A stretch of DNA of 64,000 nt from a virus (IMGVR_UViG_2627854274_000001:1087-65086); one strand, 5' to 3'. Shown: positions 18,516 through 27,670, numbered from the stretch's first letter. Numbers and translations are program-made. The notes: generated by a model not told the origin, from the sequence alone.

Positions 18516-18802
18516 GCGAGACAATCACGGCAGACCATCTGAACGCCACGCACTTGGGCAAGCGAATCACCATCAAAGGCAAGCATGGCACCGTCATGTC
18601 AGGCAAGCTGAAAAAAATCAGCGCCGACTACGTCATCATGCCCGATTTCGTGTCTTACGGCCCCTGCGAAGAATACATGCCCAAACCATTGAGGCCCAGG
18701 AAAGACGTTCACATCATCCTGCACTTGTCGAACCAAGTCAACGACGATATTAAAGCAACCGTGCATGAGAACACGGAACTACAGGTAGAAGAGGAACAGT
18801 GA
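18512..18802 (+). CDS. Hypothetical protein
   Basis: Coupled ORF. Confidence 0.6.
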   Translation: MSETITADHLNATHLGKRITIKGKHGTVMSGKLKKISADYVIMPDFVSYGPCEEYMPKPLRPRKDVHIILHLSNQVNDDIKATVHENTELQVEEEQ

Positions 18803-19095
18803 CAACACCAACCACCAAAGAACTGCTCATGCGTGTGATCGCCATGAAGTCACCGGAACTGTTCGACGGGTCAGACAACGAGCCGATCGAAGTGACCTCA
18901 TACAACTATTATGAAGAAGGACCGCACCTCTGCGAGACATGCGACTATTCGTATTTCCTGCTACGAATAGGATACCGAACACGCGGCAGGAAAACGAAAT
19001 GTCTAAATTATGAATACTTCGACCTATCCGACCTGCTCAGAACATTGGACAAGTGGGATGCGCAACATGACGATACGAGGAGGTCGGACGCATGA
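18799..19095 (+). CDS. Hypothetical protein
   Basis: GAGG RBS; CETC motif. Confidence 0.6.
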   Translation: MTTPTTKELLMRVIAMKSPELFDGSDNEPIEVTSYNYYEEGPHLCETCDYSYFLLRIGYRTRGRKTKCLNYEYFDLSDLLRTLDKWDAQHDDTRRSDA

Positions 19096-19793
19096 AATGG
19101 TTCACCAGCGACCTGCACTTCGCACACCCATTCGTGGCCGCGCTACGCGGTTACGCGCTACCCGGATACGCTCGCGACGAATCGATCAAGCAACAGGCCG
19201 AACACGACGGCAGGCAGCTTAAGGATTGCGTTGACTGGCGGAAGCACGATGCCGACATCGTACAAGCGATAAACACATACGTCGGCAAGGAAGACGAACT
19301 CTACATCCTAGGAGACATCAGTTCCGGCAGCACGTGGAGCGTCGATCAGGCGATAATGCGCATCCAGAATCTACAGGTTCCACGCAAACGCAGACACTTG
19401 ATCCTCGGCAACCACGAAATGCACAGTTCCAGCCGCACGCTGACGAAACTAGCTGAAGCGTTCGGGGAAGTCGGAAGAGTCGGCATCACCGAAATCAGAG
19501 ACGGGTGGGGCAACAACCCACACACGGTATTTTTAAGCCACTTCCAATGGCGTGAGGACTTCACGCAAAGCAAACCCCTAGGCGCAGTCTCAACCAATTG
19601 GAACGCGCCGGAGTTAGCCGCATACGCGCTACCACGCATGGAAAACACTCTGCTCCTGCACGGACATACGCACGCGTATGACCCGCTTGAGTTCGGCAGG
19701 CATCACAATGAGATCAACGTCGGATTGGACGCATGGTGTTTCGAGCCAGTCAACGAAGCCTCCTTGGTGGCAATTGGCTACCCACTGCGGTGA
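19092..19793 (+). CDS. Calcineurin-like metallophosphoesterase
   Basis: DLH, LGD, GNHE, SH and HGHTH motifs. Confidence 0.93.
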   Translation: MKWFTSDLHFAHPFVAALRGYALPGYARDESIKQQAEHDGRQLKDCVDWRKHDADIVQAINTYVGKEDELYILGDISSGSTWSVDQAIMRIQNLQVPRKRRHLILGNHEMHSSSRTLTKLAEAFGEVGRVGITEIRDGWGNNPHTVFLSHFQWREDFTQSKPLGAVSTNWNAPELAAYALPRMENTLLLHGHTHAYDPLEFGRHHNEINVGLDAWCFEPVNEASLVAIGYPLR

Positions 19794-19833
19794 GTGTAAC
19801 TGAGTAATGAAGTTTGGGCGGGTTAGACCACTT

Positions 19834-20091
19834 CTATTCAACAGCATCGATCTGACAGCGGAGTTCCTCTATCTCATTGGAAAGGATGGTGAGAAATTCC
19901 CGGTATTCGTCGAGTTCGACCGCCGTGTCGATAGCTTCGGCCTCCAGTTCGAACCGGCAGTCGCCGTCGTCGGTGAATGTTAGATCAGGAAAGTCGAACC
20001 ATTGCCAGCTGTAACAGTCCGGGTCGCCATGCCACCCGTTTTCGGTTTTGGTCAGCGTGTAGTGTTCCGTGCCTTTGTAGTTGCCGTTCAT
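19834..20091 (-). CDS. Small acidic hypothetical protein
   Basis: AAGGAG RBS; Asp/Glu-rich, 85 aa. Confidence 0.7.
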   Translation of the reverse strand: MNGNYKGTEHYTLTKTENGWHGDPDCYSWQWFDFPDLTFTDDGDCRFELEAEAIDTAVELDEYREFLTILSNEIEELRCQIDAVE

Positions 20092-20191
20092 GGTGTACTC
20101 CTTTTAGTCCATGTTTAAAAAGAAAAACGTTGAAAACAAAGGGCGCAGCACAATCGCCACGCCCCGAAACCAAACAAACGGACTGAATGAA

Positions 20192-20527
20192 TCAGACACC
20201 CGCACGCCTACGTGCAGCGGCCTCAGCCTTGAAGAACGCCGCGAAAGCGTCGCCTATGGACGCATAAAACACGCCATCAACACGCCAGCCGTCATAACCT
20301 TTGGAATCATACCCACGCAAGTCAGCAAGCTCAGCGCGCATAAGCGGCAACGCCTCACTCCGCGACAACGCGCTACGATGCCAATTATTGTCGAAATGAT
20401 CCGCAGCAACCCAAGCGTCGCGTTCCCTGCGCGAGTCAAAAGACAACAGACTACAATACGGCTCACCCTCAAAATTGGTAACGCCGACACCAAACCGCCA
20501 ATACCCGGCATAAAAGTGGATACTCAT
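20192..20527 (-). CDS. Hypothetical protein
   Basis: 111-aa ORF in the leftward operon. Confidence 0.65.
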   Translation of the reverse strand: MSIHFYAGYWRFGVGVTNFEGEPYCSLLSFDSRRERDAWVAADHFDNNWHRSALSRSEALPLMRAELADLRGYDSKGYDGWRVDGVFYASIGDAFAAFFKAEAAARRRAGV

Positions 20528-20718
20528 TTTTGATACTCTCTTTCCAGCCCCCTTGCTAGAATAAGAGGGCTTATAAATTCGTTTGTTTTAAGCAAAACCC
20601 CAAGAGTGTTGCCACACTCTTGGGGTATTTTCATCAGACGGGTAACCCCGCCAAACATGTTCGAATAAACAAAATCCCGGCCACTCGAAAGCAGCCGGGA
20701 TTCATCAGCATGAGGCAA

Positions 20719-20976
20719 TTACGCGCCGAACGGCACGGCCTGTGCATAAGCTGTCTCAGGGGCAACGTCAATAGTTCCGTTATCCCATTCGACAGTACTC
20801 ACACCGGCCCTGGCCGTCTTGAAAACATTCGGGTCACGCAACCGCTTGAACACGCCATCGTCCATATAGGGCGACATGTCAAGCACGCCGCAATGACCAT
20901 CGGAAAAACGCAAAGCCACATGCGAGCCATCCAACGCCACAGCGTCAGTAACCCACACTTCATTGGGAACACTCAC
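20719..20976 (-). CDS. DUF2442-family protein (partner of DUF4160)
   Basis: LRFSDG...FKRLRDPNVF...TVEWDNGTIDVAPE; GAGG RBS with GTG start. Confidence 0.85.
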   Translation of the reverse strand: MSVPNEVWVTDAVALDGSHVALRFSDGHCGVLDMSPYMDDGVFKRLRDPNVFKTARAGVSTVEWDNGTIDVAPETAYAQAVPFGA

Positions 20977-20989
20977 AATAAACCTCGTT

Positions 20990-21256
20990 TCATAGGGCAA
21001 GCGGGGCAATCGGATAAATAGGCTCATTGTTCATGGCAAGAGTCCAATTAGCCTCAAGCTCCTCACGATGCAATTCAATCCAAGCAACAAGAATTCTGTG
21101 TTGCTTGCGGGGCAACGGCTCCCCGGCCGTCACATTCCCGTCGAAGTCATAGGAAGCCCTATGACCCTGATACGTCGCGTGAATATGCGGCGGATTATGC
21201 TCGTTACGGTAGTTCATCTGCACGATGATCCCGAAGAACATGCTCAATGTTGGCAA
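20990..21256 (-). CDS. DUF4160-family protein
   Basis: MPTLSMFFGI...EHNPPHIHA...WIELHREELEANW. Confidence 0.9.
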   Translation of the reverse strand: MPTLSMFFGIIVQMNYRNEHNPPHIHATYQGHRASYDFDGNVTAGEPLPRKQHRILVAWIELHREELEANWTLAMNNEPIYPIAPLAL

Positions 21257-21360
21257 CTATGCCACCTCCTCACTCTTACGCCGATCATATCGGCTGAACA
21301 TTAACATTTCGTGGACTACCGCACCCGTAAAGAGTGCCGATAGCCCCAGCGGATTACAAA

Positions 21361-21582
21361 TCAATCCGCCGAAGATTCAGAGTCAGAATCGTCTTCCAAA
21401 AGCTTGCGAGGATTCTTGACATGCAACGCGTCACAAATACGCACGGCGACATTGAGACTCATCCCACCGACGTTACGTTGTCCAGTCTCGAACGCGCCAA
21501 CACGTGACTGGCTCAACCCTGCTTTGTCAGCCAGCTGTTGTTGTGTCATGCCGCGCTTCAGTCTGAGTTCCCTCATTCCCAT
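21361..21582 (-). CDS. XRE-family HTH regulator
   Basis: LRLKRGMTQQQLADKAGLSQSRVGAFETG. Confidence 0.9.
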   Translation of the reverse strand: MGMRELRLKRGMTQQQLADKAGLSQSRVGAFETGQRNVGGMSLNVAVRICDALHVKNPRKLLEDDSDSESSAD

Positions 21583-21583
21583 G

Positions 21584-22006
21584 TCAGTATCCTTCCGTAA
21601 GAAAATCCACAGGGTCGCATTGCAGCGCCTCAGACAATCGTAACGCCGTCCGCAAATACATTTGCGAAACAGGACGACCATTCGTCTCAAAACGGGAGAT
21701 GGATGGACGTGCGATGCCACTCAATCCGGCCAGCTCCACCTGCGTTAATCTGCGTGCCTTGCGAATGTTCTTCAATCCGACGACGCCAGCGGACACGCCG
21801 CCACGCCACACATGCTCATCTGGATACAGGTCCAACACGTTGCAATGCAACGCCTGCGCCAGCTTCGCAGCCGTACTCAAATACATGTTCCGCGCCTCGC
21901 CCGCATGGTTCTCATACGCCCACAGGCGCGTGAAATCCACGCCGGTCAACGAATCCAACTGCTGCAACGTCAGTTCGGAACGCTCACGCAGCTCACGCAA
22001 CCCCAT
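21584..22006 (-). CDS. Tandem double XRE-HTH regulator
   Basis: Two HTH_3 repeats, each with MYLxTAxxLxxALxC. Confidence 0.88.
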   Translation of the reverse strand: MGLRELRERSELTLQQLDSLTGVDFTRLWAYENHAGEARNMYLSTAAKLAQALHCNVLDLYPDEHVWRGGVSAGVVGLKNIRKARRLTQVELAGLSGIARPSISRFETNGRPVSQMYLRTALRLSEALQCDPVDFLTEGY

Positions 22007-22067
22007 GACGGCTCCTTCCAGACTTAAGGACACCATAGCATCGGCGGCGAAACAACGCCGCCGACAC

Positions 22068-22328
22068 TCAGTCAATCCAATCCGTATTCCAGTCCAACAT
22101 GTCCATTGGAATCATGCAGCCACCGGAACACTGGACGTACAGCCAGGTAGAATAGCCCATGCGAGCCGCCCTCACGCCGCGAACCCACTCATGCAGCCAC
22201 TCCAACAAGAGCGACAGAGTGGAACGACGACGCCAAAACGACTTGCCAGACGCATAATCGAACCCCTCGTACTCGGCAATAGGGGAGAAAACGTCACGCT
22301 TACGCAAGTCAAAACCCTTCACCATCAT
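22068..22328 (-). CDS. Hypothetical protein
   Basis: GGAGG RBS; coupled. Confidence 0.6.
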   Translation of the reverse strand: MMVKGFDLRKRDVFSPIAEYEGFDYASGKSFWRRRSTLSLLLEWLHEWVRGVRAARMGYSTWLYVQCSGGCMIPMDMLDWNTDWID

Positions 22329-22612
22329 TTCAAAGCCTCCTTCTTCACGGATTCAATCGCATCGCCGTAAATGAACTGCATGATTTCCCAACCCTCCTCA
22401 ATGGAACGGTCGGCCAGCAGCATGCCGCCGCAGTCCTTGAACCCGTCCTCGCTGACAAACCCAAGAACCTTGCGGACATTCTCCTTTGACGGGTCAAGGC
22501 CAGCGTCCTTCATCAGTCCCTCAAGGTCGTCAACGACCCATTTGATCTCCGCGATGATTCCAGTGCTCATAATCCTGTCAACGGAATCGTCCCTACCCAT
22601 ACCCTTGCTCAT
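22325..22612 (-). CDS. Small acidic hypothetical protein
   Basis: AAGGAGG RBS; coupled. Confidence 0.65.
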   Translation of the reverse strand: MSKGMGRDDSVDRIMSTGIIAEIKWVVDDLEGLMKDAGLDPSKENVRKVLGFVSEDGFKDCGGMLLADRSIEEGWEIMQFIYGDAIESVKKEALK

Positions 22613-22809
22613 TTCTTTTCCTCCTTGGTCCAAGGGATAATCTGATGCAGCAGATACGCCGCAGTCGTCAACTGGTCGTAAGCGGCCAGCACGTAAGCCG
22701 AATCAGGAGCGTCACCGCTCCCAAGATTCGACAGCAATCGGACGGCCTCGACGGCCTTGTCCGCCGCATTCGCGCACACATCCGAATCATGAGCGTCCAT
22801 CACAGACAC
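22609..22809 (-). CDS. Hypothetical protein
   Basis: Coupled ORF. Confidence 0.55.
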   Translation of the reverse strand: MSVMDAHDSDVCANAADKAVEAVRLLSNLGSGDAPDSAYVLAAYDQLTTAAYLLHQIIPWTKEEKK

Positions 22810-23192
22810 CCATCCTCGTCAGCATTCGTCCACCAGACGTAATCAAGCTCGAAATCGATGCTCGACTCGTACTGCTCGCCGATCTCATCAGGTGTCATGC
22901 TGCCAAGCACGTAACCGGTGAACTCCTCATAATCGGCGGAATGGGCATTGTTGTGCAGCATGAACACCTGCTCGCACCAGCCCGGCAGCGCAGACCAGAA
23001 TTTCTTCCAATCCTTTTCAGAAACGTATTCGCCCATTGCGTCGATACGGTAGACACCCTCGTAAGGCTTGAAACGTTCCCTGATGAGCTTACGCAGCCCA
23101 TCACCCGCCATCGTCTCAATGGCATCCACGACATCCTCGCCAATCGGTTCATCCAACGGCATGGCCTTCAACTCGTCAATGGTAATCATCAT
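22800..23192 (-). CDS. Acidic hypothetical protein
   Basis: AAAGGA RBS; Asp/Glu-rich. Confidence 0.7.
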   Translation of the reverse strand: MMITIDELKAMPLDEPIGEDVVDAIETMAGDGLRKLIRERFKPYEGVYRIDAMGEYVSEKDWKKFWSALPGWCEQVFMLHNNAHSADYEEFTGYVLGSMTPDEIGEQYESSIDFELDYVWWTNADEDGCL

Positions 23193-23201
23193 TCTTTCCT
23201 T

Positions 23202-23384
23202 TCAATCGATACGAAACTCTTCGCCATACTTGACGCAGTGGGCATCCAAATAGGCGTCGAAAAACTCCTGCTCGGAACACGGCGCGAGATTCGCGTGCAA
23301 CAGCTCCCGCAACTCGTCATCCATGAGATTCACAGCGGCCTCATAAGACACGGGACGCCCATCCCGATCAATAACAACACTCAT
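23202..23384 (-). CDS. acrIC5: AcrIC5-like anti-CRISPR protein
   Basis: 60 aa; AAVNLMDxELRExLH...QEFxDAYxxAHxxKxGEEF matches the AcrIC5 sequence and length as I recall them. Confidence 0.75.
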   Translation of the reverse strand: MSVVIDRDGRPVSYEAAVNLMDDELRELLHANLAPCSEQEFFDAYLDAHCVKYGEEFRID

Positions 23385-23400
23385 CGTTCTTTCCTTTCGC

Positions 23401-23664
23401 TCAGCAGCAGAACTCGTCAGTGAGTTCCACCAGTCTTTTCAACGACGTCCGCATGAGACGCGAACGACAGCCGACACCGGCCAGTTCCAGCCGGTTCACC
23501 ATCGCCACGCGCACGGCCTCTCCGTTACCGACAGTGCAACGCGTCAGAAACCGGCCATCGGCACGCAGAACCGCATCCCGATACGCCTCCGCATCGGCCT
23601 GAGACCTGTGACGGCGCACGCGGATTGCGCCACCCACATATTCGACGGTCCACAACGCGGCCAT
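23401..23664 (-). CDS. Hypothetical basic protein
   Basis: GGAGG RBS; MAALWTVEY. Confidence 0.6.
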   Translation of the reverse strand: MAALWTVEYVGGAIRVRRHRSQADAEAYRDAVLRADGRFLTRCTVGNGEAVRVAMVNRLELAGVGCRSRLMRTSLKRLVELTDEFCC

Positions 23665-23665
23665 G

Positions 23666-24205
23666 TCAGTCAGCCTCCCCAAAACGGTCGAACATCTTGT
23701 CATACGCCTTGCGCACAGCCGACAGGCCATTGCGGTACGCGGACATGCGATTCTCAGGAGTCGAAGACACAGCCAGGTCATGCTGCCAGCTAGCCGGAAA
23801 CGCGATATGCTCCAACGTCCCGTCCACATCCGTCTGACGAACCTCGACATGCTGCGGGAACATGGCGTCGAACACCAGCACGCACAGCTCGAACGCCAGC
23901 CGCGTGTCCGCGTCGGCGACATAAAGGAAATCATTCTCGGCCAGCCGCCGCGCCTCATCGACGTCGAACGGCAGCGTGGCATACAATGCGACGAACCGTC
24001 CGACCGTCTCGTCATCCAGACCGCCGTCAGCGAAACAGTTTTGCACGACATCGATGAGATTGTCCCGCAAATCGGGCACCAGACCACACGCGCCGCCACG
24101 GATATACGGCACCTCGTCACGGCTGAAATGCCTCTCGAACCACTGCCAGCACACGTAACCCACATAGCCGGTCAGCTCACGCGGCAGCAAGTTGACGTCG
24201 ATCAT
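23666..24205 (-). CDS. Acidic hypothetical protein
   Basis: GGAGG RBS; 179 aa. Confidence 0.7.
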   Translation of the reverse strand: MIDVNLLPRELTGYVGYVCWQWFERHFSRDEVPYIRGGACGLVPDLRDNLIDVVQNCFADGGLDDETVGRFVALYATLPFDVDEARRLAENDFLYVADADTRLAFELCVLVFDAMFPQHVEVRQTDVDGTLEHIAFPASWQHDLAVSSTPENRMSAYRNGLSAVRKAYDKMFDRFGEAD

Positions 24206-24654
24206 CGCGCCACCTCCTCGCCGTTAAGGAAATCAACGAACTTCCGCCGCGCCACACCATCGGCGTCACAGCCCAGCAAATCATTGCCGATGACGTCATA
24301 GCCGCAGCCGGTAACGAAATAGAAATACCAATCATCGCCGCCACGGCTCAGCCAGCACGAACGCACATGCTTGACAAGACCGTCGTAACGGTCGCACTTG
24401 AACCATTCCACTAGACCCTCAGCCAGAAGCGAGTCGAAACGGAACCGTCCGACGCAGATTAAGCTGTTCTCCTCCTCTTCCACGCGCCCCACGGCCTCGT
24501 CATCCAGCCTGTCGTCAAGCGAATAGCCAGCCTCAAGCGTCGCCAGATTACGCAGCAGCTCATACGAGTCGATACCGTCGAACGTCTCATGCTCAACGAT
24601 TTCATCCGCGTTGAACCAAGTGATTTCCTTATAAATGCAATCGTCGAATTTCAT
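24202..24654 (-). CDS. Acidic hypothetical protein
   Basis: AAAGGAG RBS. Confidence 0.7.
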   Translation of the reverse strand: MKFDDCIYKEITWFNADEIVEHETFDGIDSYELLRNLATLEAGYSLDDRLDDEAVGRVEEEENSLICVGRFRFDSLLAEGLVEWFKCDRYDGLVKHVRSCWLSRGGDDWYFYFVTGCGYDVIGNDLLGCDADGVARRKFVDFLNGEEVAR

Positions 24655-24729
24655 GGTACAATCTCCTTTGCAATTAGAGGTGAATATTGATTGCATGGCC
24701 GGTCGCAGTCCCACCTGAGACCGGCACTT

Positions 24730-25083
24730 TCATTTCCCAGTGCCGCCCCACGACAGCACCTTGCCGCCGTCAACCAGCACGTAAGACTCGCCCATGCGAT
24801 TGCCAACGGACACGGCACGCCACTCGCATATGCGCTCATAGCCGCCAGCCGTACTGCCGTCTTCCATGCCGCACTGGGGGATATCCGACAGCGACGTGTA
24901 GCCAGCCAAGTCGGCCTGACCATAGTCAGCCGTCGCATACGTCTCACGCCACCAATTCCATTGCTGTTCAGGCGTCCCATAAGGGTCAGCCACCGGCATG
25001 GGATTGCACACCGGCGAACACGCCACGGCGAACGCCGCCACGCCTACGGCCAGCAATCCAGCCAGCTTCACACACTTACGCAT
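24730..25083 (-). CDS. Putative lipoprotein
   Basis: MRKCVKLAGLLAVGVAAFAVA-C signal peptide and lipobox. Confidence 0.6.
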   Translation of the reverse strand: MRKCVKLAGLLAVGVAAFAVACSPVCNPMPVADPYGTPEQQWNWWRETYATADYGQADLAGYTSLSDIPQCGMEDGSTAGGYERICEWRAVSVGNRMGESYVLVDGGKVLSWGGTGK

Positions 25084-25690
25084 TCCACTTACCTCCCTTG
25101 GCGGTCTCGATATAACGTGGAAGCTTGTCCACGTCGAAATACATGTCGCCCGACACCGGGTCGGCATCATCGCGCCACGCTTCAAACACGGCATCACGGT
25201 CAGCGCCACCCAGAATGGCGTCAGACACCTCGCCATCGAAGTACTCCCGCAGCCACGCGGCCTCGCGCCGCTCCCAGTCGGATTCATCCAACACCGGGCA
25301 GTAGCGCCCGTCCTTGGTAATCATGTCTATCGCATATTGGACGACGGCCTGATCCGACAGTCTGCCATACTCGTCCGTCAACTCAATCGCATAGCCGACA
25401 CCGCAGAACGCGCGCGGCACATGACCGTAGTCGGACAGCCACCGCACGGCAGTCTCAATATTGCTTTCATCCAGCGCGCTGTCGAAGTACAGTAGCCGCG
25501 AAACCTGATACGTGTAATCGTTGAACACCGTATCGGCCACGCGGATACCCCGCACCCATTCCAGAATGTCCGGCAGCACGTCGTCGAACGACGGCAGTCC
25601 AGCATAGCCGACACCGTCCCACACGTCCCGCAGTTCCTCGTACAAGTCGGCATCCTCAGCCGTATCCTTGCGAACCTCATGCACATACAT
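25076..25690 (-). CDS. Highly acidic hypothetical protein
   Basis: 204 aa, Asp/Glu-rich. Confidence 0.7.
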   Translation of the reverse strand: MYVHEVRKDTAEDADLYEELRDVWDGVGYAGLPSFDDVLPDILEWVRGIRVADTVFNDYTYQVSRLLYFDSALDESNIETAVRWLSDYGHVPRAFCGVGYAIELTDEYGRLSDQAVVQYAIDMITKDGRYCPVLDESDWERREAAWLREYFDGEVSDAILGGADRDAVFEAWRDDADPVSGDMYFDVDKLPRYIETAKGGKWNA

Positions 25691-25726
25691 TTCATTTTCC
25701 TCACTTTCAGATAGATAGGTTGATTT

Positions 25727-26392
25727 TCAGCGAGACAACGTCAGAAACAGGTCTGAATACCGCAGCTCCAAGTCGAGAGCCTTAAGCGCCCTGCACGCGG
25801 CCACATAGTCGCCCGAATCCATGCATTCGACAAACTGCTGCGCATAGGCGCACGTCTCCACATCATCGGAAGACACGCATTCCAGCAAGTCGTCAAGGCT
25901 AGGCCATGCGCCCTCGGAATCATCGACAGTGCATTCTCCATGGCTGTACAGGTGCCACGTCATGCCGTCGAGATTCCAGCAATCCGACCCTTTGCCGTCC
26001 AGTATGTCGCCTAACGTCTCAGGCCAATCCATAAACTCGTAATCGACAGCGACACTCAGGCTCAGGTTGTGCGCGTCGTACAAGTCGGCCAACCGCCCCC
26101 AGTCAGCCTCAGCGGAACCGCTGTCGTACACGTCCCATATGGCCCTAATGGCGACGGCCATATCCTTGTACCCGGACGGCGGCACCGGACTATCATCCCC
26201 ACGCATGTACGCAAGGAACTCAGGCGACGGCGCTGTGACAACGTCAAGACTGGAACCGTCCAGACCGTCCGGGAACTCGGCGCCATTGCATGAATACAAC
26301 TCCAACGTGCTGCCGCCCCGTTCAGACTCACGCAAGCCATGACGTCCAGCCATGACGTCGTAAAAATCATCAACGGAATTAAATCCAGACAT
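25727..26392 (-). CDS. Highly acidic hypothetical protein
   Basis: 221 aa, Asp-rich. Confidence 0.7.
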   Translation of the reverse strand: MSGFNSVDDFYDVMAGRHGLRESERGGSTLELYSCNGAEFPDGLDGSSLDVVTAPSPEFLAYMRGDDSPVPPSGYKDMAVAIRAIWDVYDSGSAEADWGRLADLYDAHNLSLSVAVDYEFMDWPETLGDILDGKGSDCWNLDGMTWHLYSHGECTVDDSEGAWPSLDDLLECVSSDDVETCAYAQQFVECMDSGDYVAACRALKALDLELRYSDLFLTLSR

Positions 26393-26517
26393 GATTACCC
26401 ACTTTCATAGAGATTTGTTGATTAGCCGCCATATGACGGCACAGTGCGCGGATGGGGAATCGCACCCCATGGAACCTCGCTAGAGCCACGCCATAGCCCG
26501 GAGTCTGGCTACGTGAA

Positions 26518-26892
26518 TTAGAGGTTTTTCCCGATAAGGTGCTCGGCCATCCTTAGCGCACGCGCTTGCATGTCAAGCAACGTCTCGCCGTTGAACGCCA
26601 TACTTGCGTCATGACGTTGTGCCATGTACCTACGCAGTTGTGATGGCGTGAAGTAGTGTTCCGCGATATCGACGTTGTATACAAGCGCGCAGCCGTCGTA
26701 ACTGTATTGCGTCCAGTCGGCCGCGCCGTCCAGCAACAGCTCACGCAATTCGTGCCGATCAGACGGCAGTTCCATGTCGCCGTTTCCCAGATTGCCCAGC
26801 ATGTCCACGGCGTCGTCCCTCACGGCGCGGCCCCACTTGCTGCGCGGGTTGAGCTGTTCAAGGGTTGCGATTGCTTTGTTCACTGTGGTCAT
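26518..26892 (-). CDS. Phage hypothetical protein
   Basis: RSKW...LLDGAADWTQYSYDGCALVYNVDIAE...LDMQARAL; AAGGGAG RBS. Confidence 0.75.
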   Translation of the reverse strand: MTTVNKAIATLEQLNPRSKWGRAVRDDAVDMLGNLGNGDMELPSDRHELRELLLDGAADWTQYSYDGCALVYNVDIAEHYFTPSQLRRYMAQRHDASMAFNGETLLDMQARALRMAEHLIGKNL

Positions 26893-26923
26893 TTCAATAC
26901 TCCCTTTTTATTAGTTGGTTACA

Positions 26924-27178
26924 TTAATTTTGGTAGTGGTCAGCGATTTTCTTTTTAAGGTCAGCCAATGTGTGCGCCCCGATTTGCACGCCACGTTTTC
27001 CGTCGTGCCATTCTTCGTTGAAAACGTAGCCCCCGCCCCAATCAGGCTTAAGTTTCACCACGTCACCCACACGTTTGCCATCAACCATCGCATACCGGAA
27101 ATATCCGTCGTCAACGGTATTGCTGTATGCGCACGGCAACGTGATCAGGCTTCGAAGTTTTACGATTTTGACAGTCAT
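26924..27178 (-). CDS. Hypothetical protein
   Basis: GGAGG RBS. Confidence 0.65.
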   Translation of the reverse strand: MTVKIVKLRSLITLPCAYSNTVDDGYFRYAMVDGKRVGDVVKLKPDWGGGYVFNEEWHDGKRGVQIGAHTLADLKKKIADHYQN

Positions 27179-27226
27179 TTTTTAACCTCCGCTTGTTTAT
27201 TGGTTACATTTGTAAAGCTGGACGCG

Positions 27227-27670
27227 TCATACGAGATTGACATAATCACGCACGGCCGTATTCCAACCGGTATCCTCCCAGGCATATGTGCCAACCTTAG
27301 CCATGAGGCATGGCGACAGTGAGCCGGAAACGGTGGTATCCCGCAATGGCACGCACACCACCTTGTAGGTATGTCCGGTGTTCGTCTCACAGTAGACGGC
27401 AGTACGGTGCGAACTCACAAGCACGCGCGTAATCCGCACATCAGGTACGAAATCGCTTGCAAGATCGACAACCCTAGGCCGCATTGCCGCAACGCGAAAC
27501 GCAGCAATAAGCGCATGACGTGCCATCGATTCCGCCGCCAAGGTGCCCTGAAATTCAAGCACCGGCATTTCACGTATCCAAAGATGCGACACGTAAGACG
27601 GTAGGGACTCACGCGCCGTAGTGAGACAGTCGCGAAAGATTTTTACAGCCATTTCTTCGTTGGTATCCAT
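27227..27670 (-). CDS. Hypothetical protein, first gene of the leftward operon
   Basis: AAGGGGG RBS. Confidence 0.6.
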   Translation of the reverse strand: MDTNEEMAVKIFRDCLTTARESLPSYVSHLWIREMPVLEFQGTLAAESMARHALIAAFRVAAMRPRVVDLASDFVPDVRITRVLVSSHRTAVYCETNTGHTYKVVCVPLRDTTVSGSLSPCLMAKVGTYAWEDTGWNTAVRDYVNLV

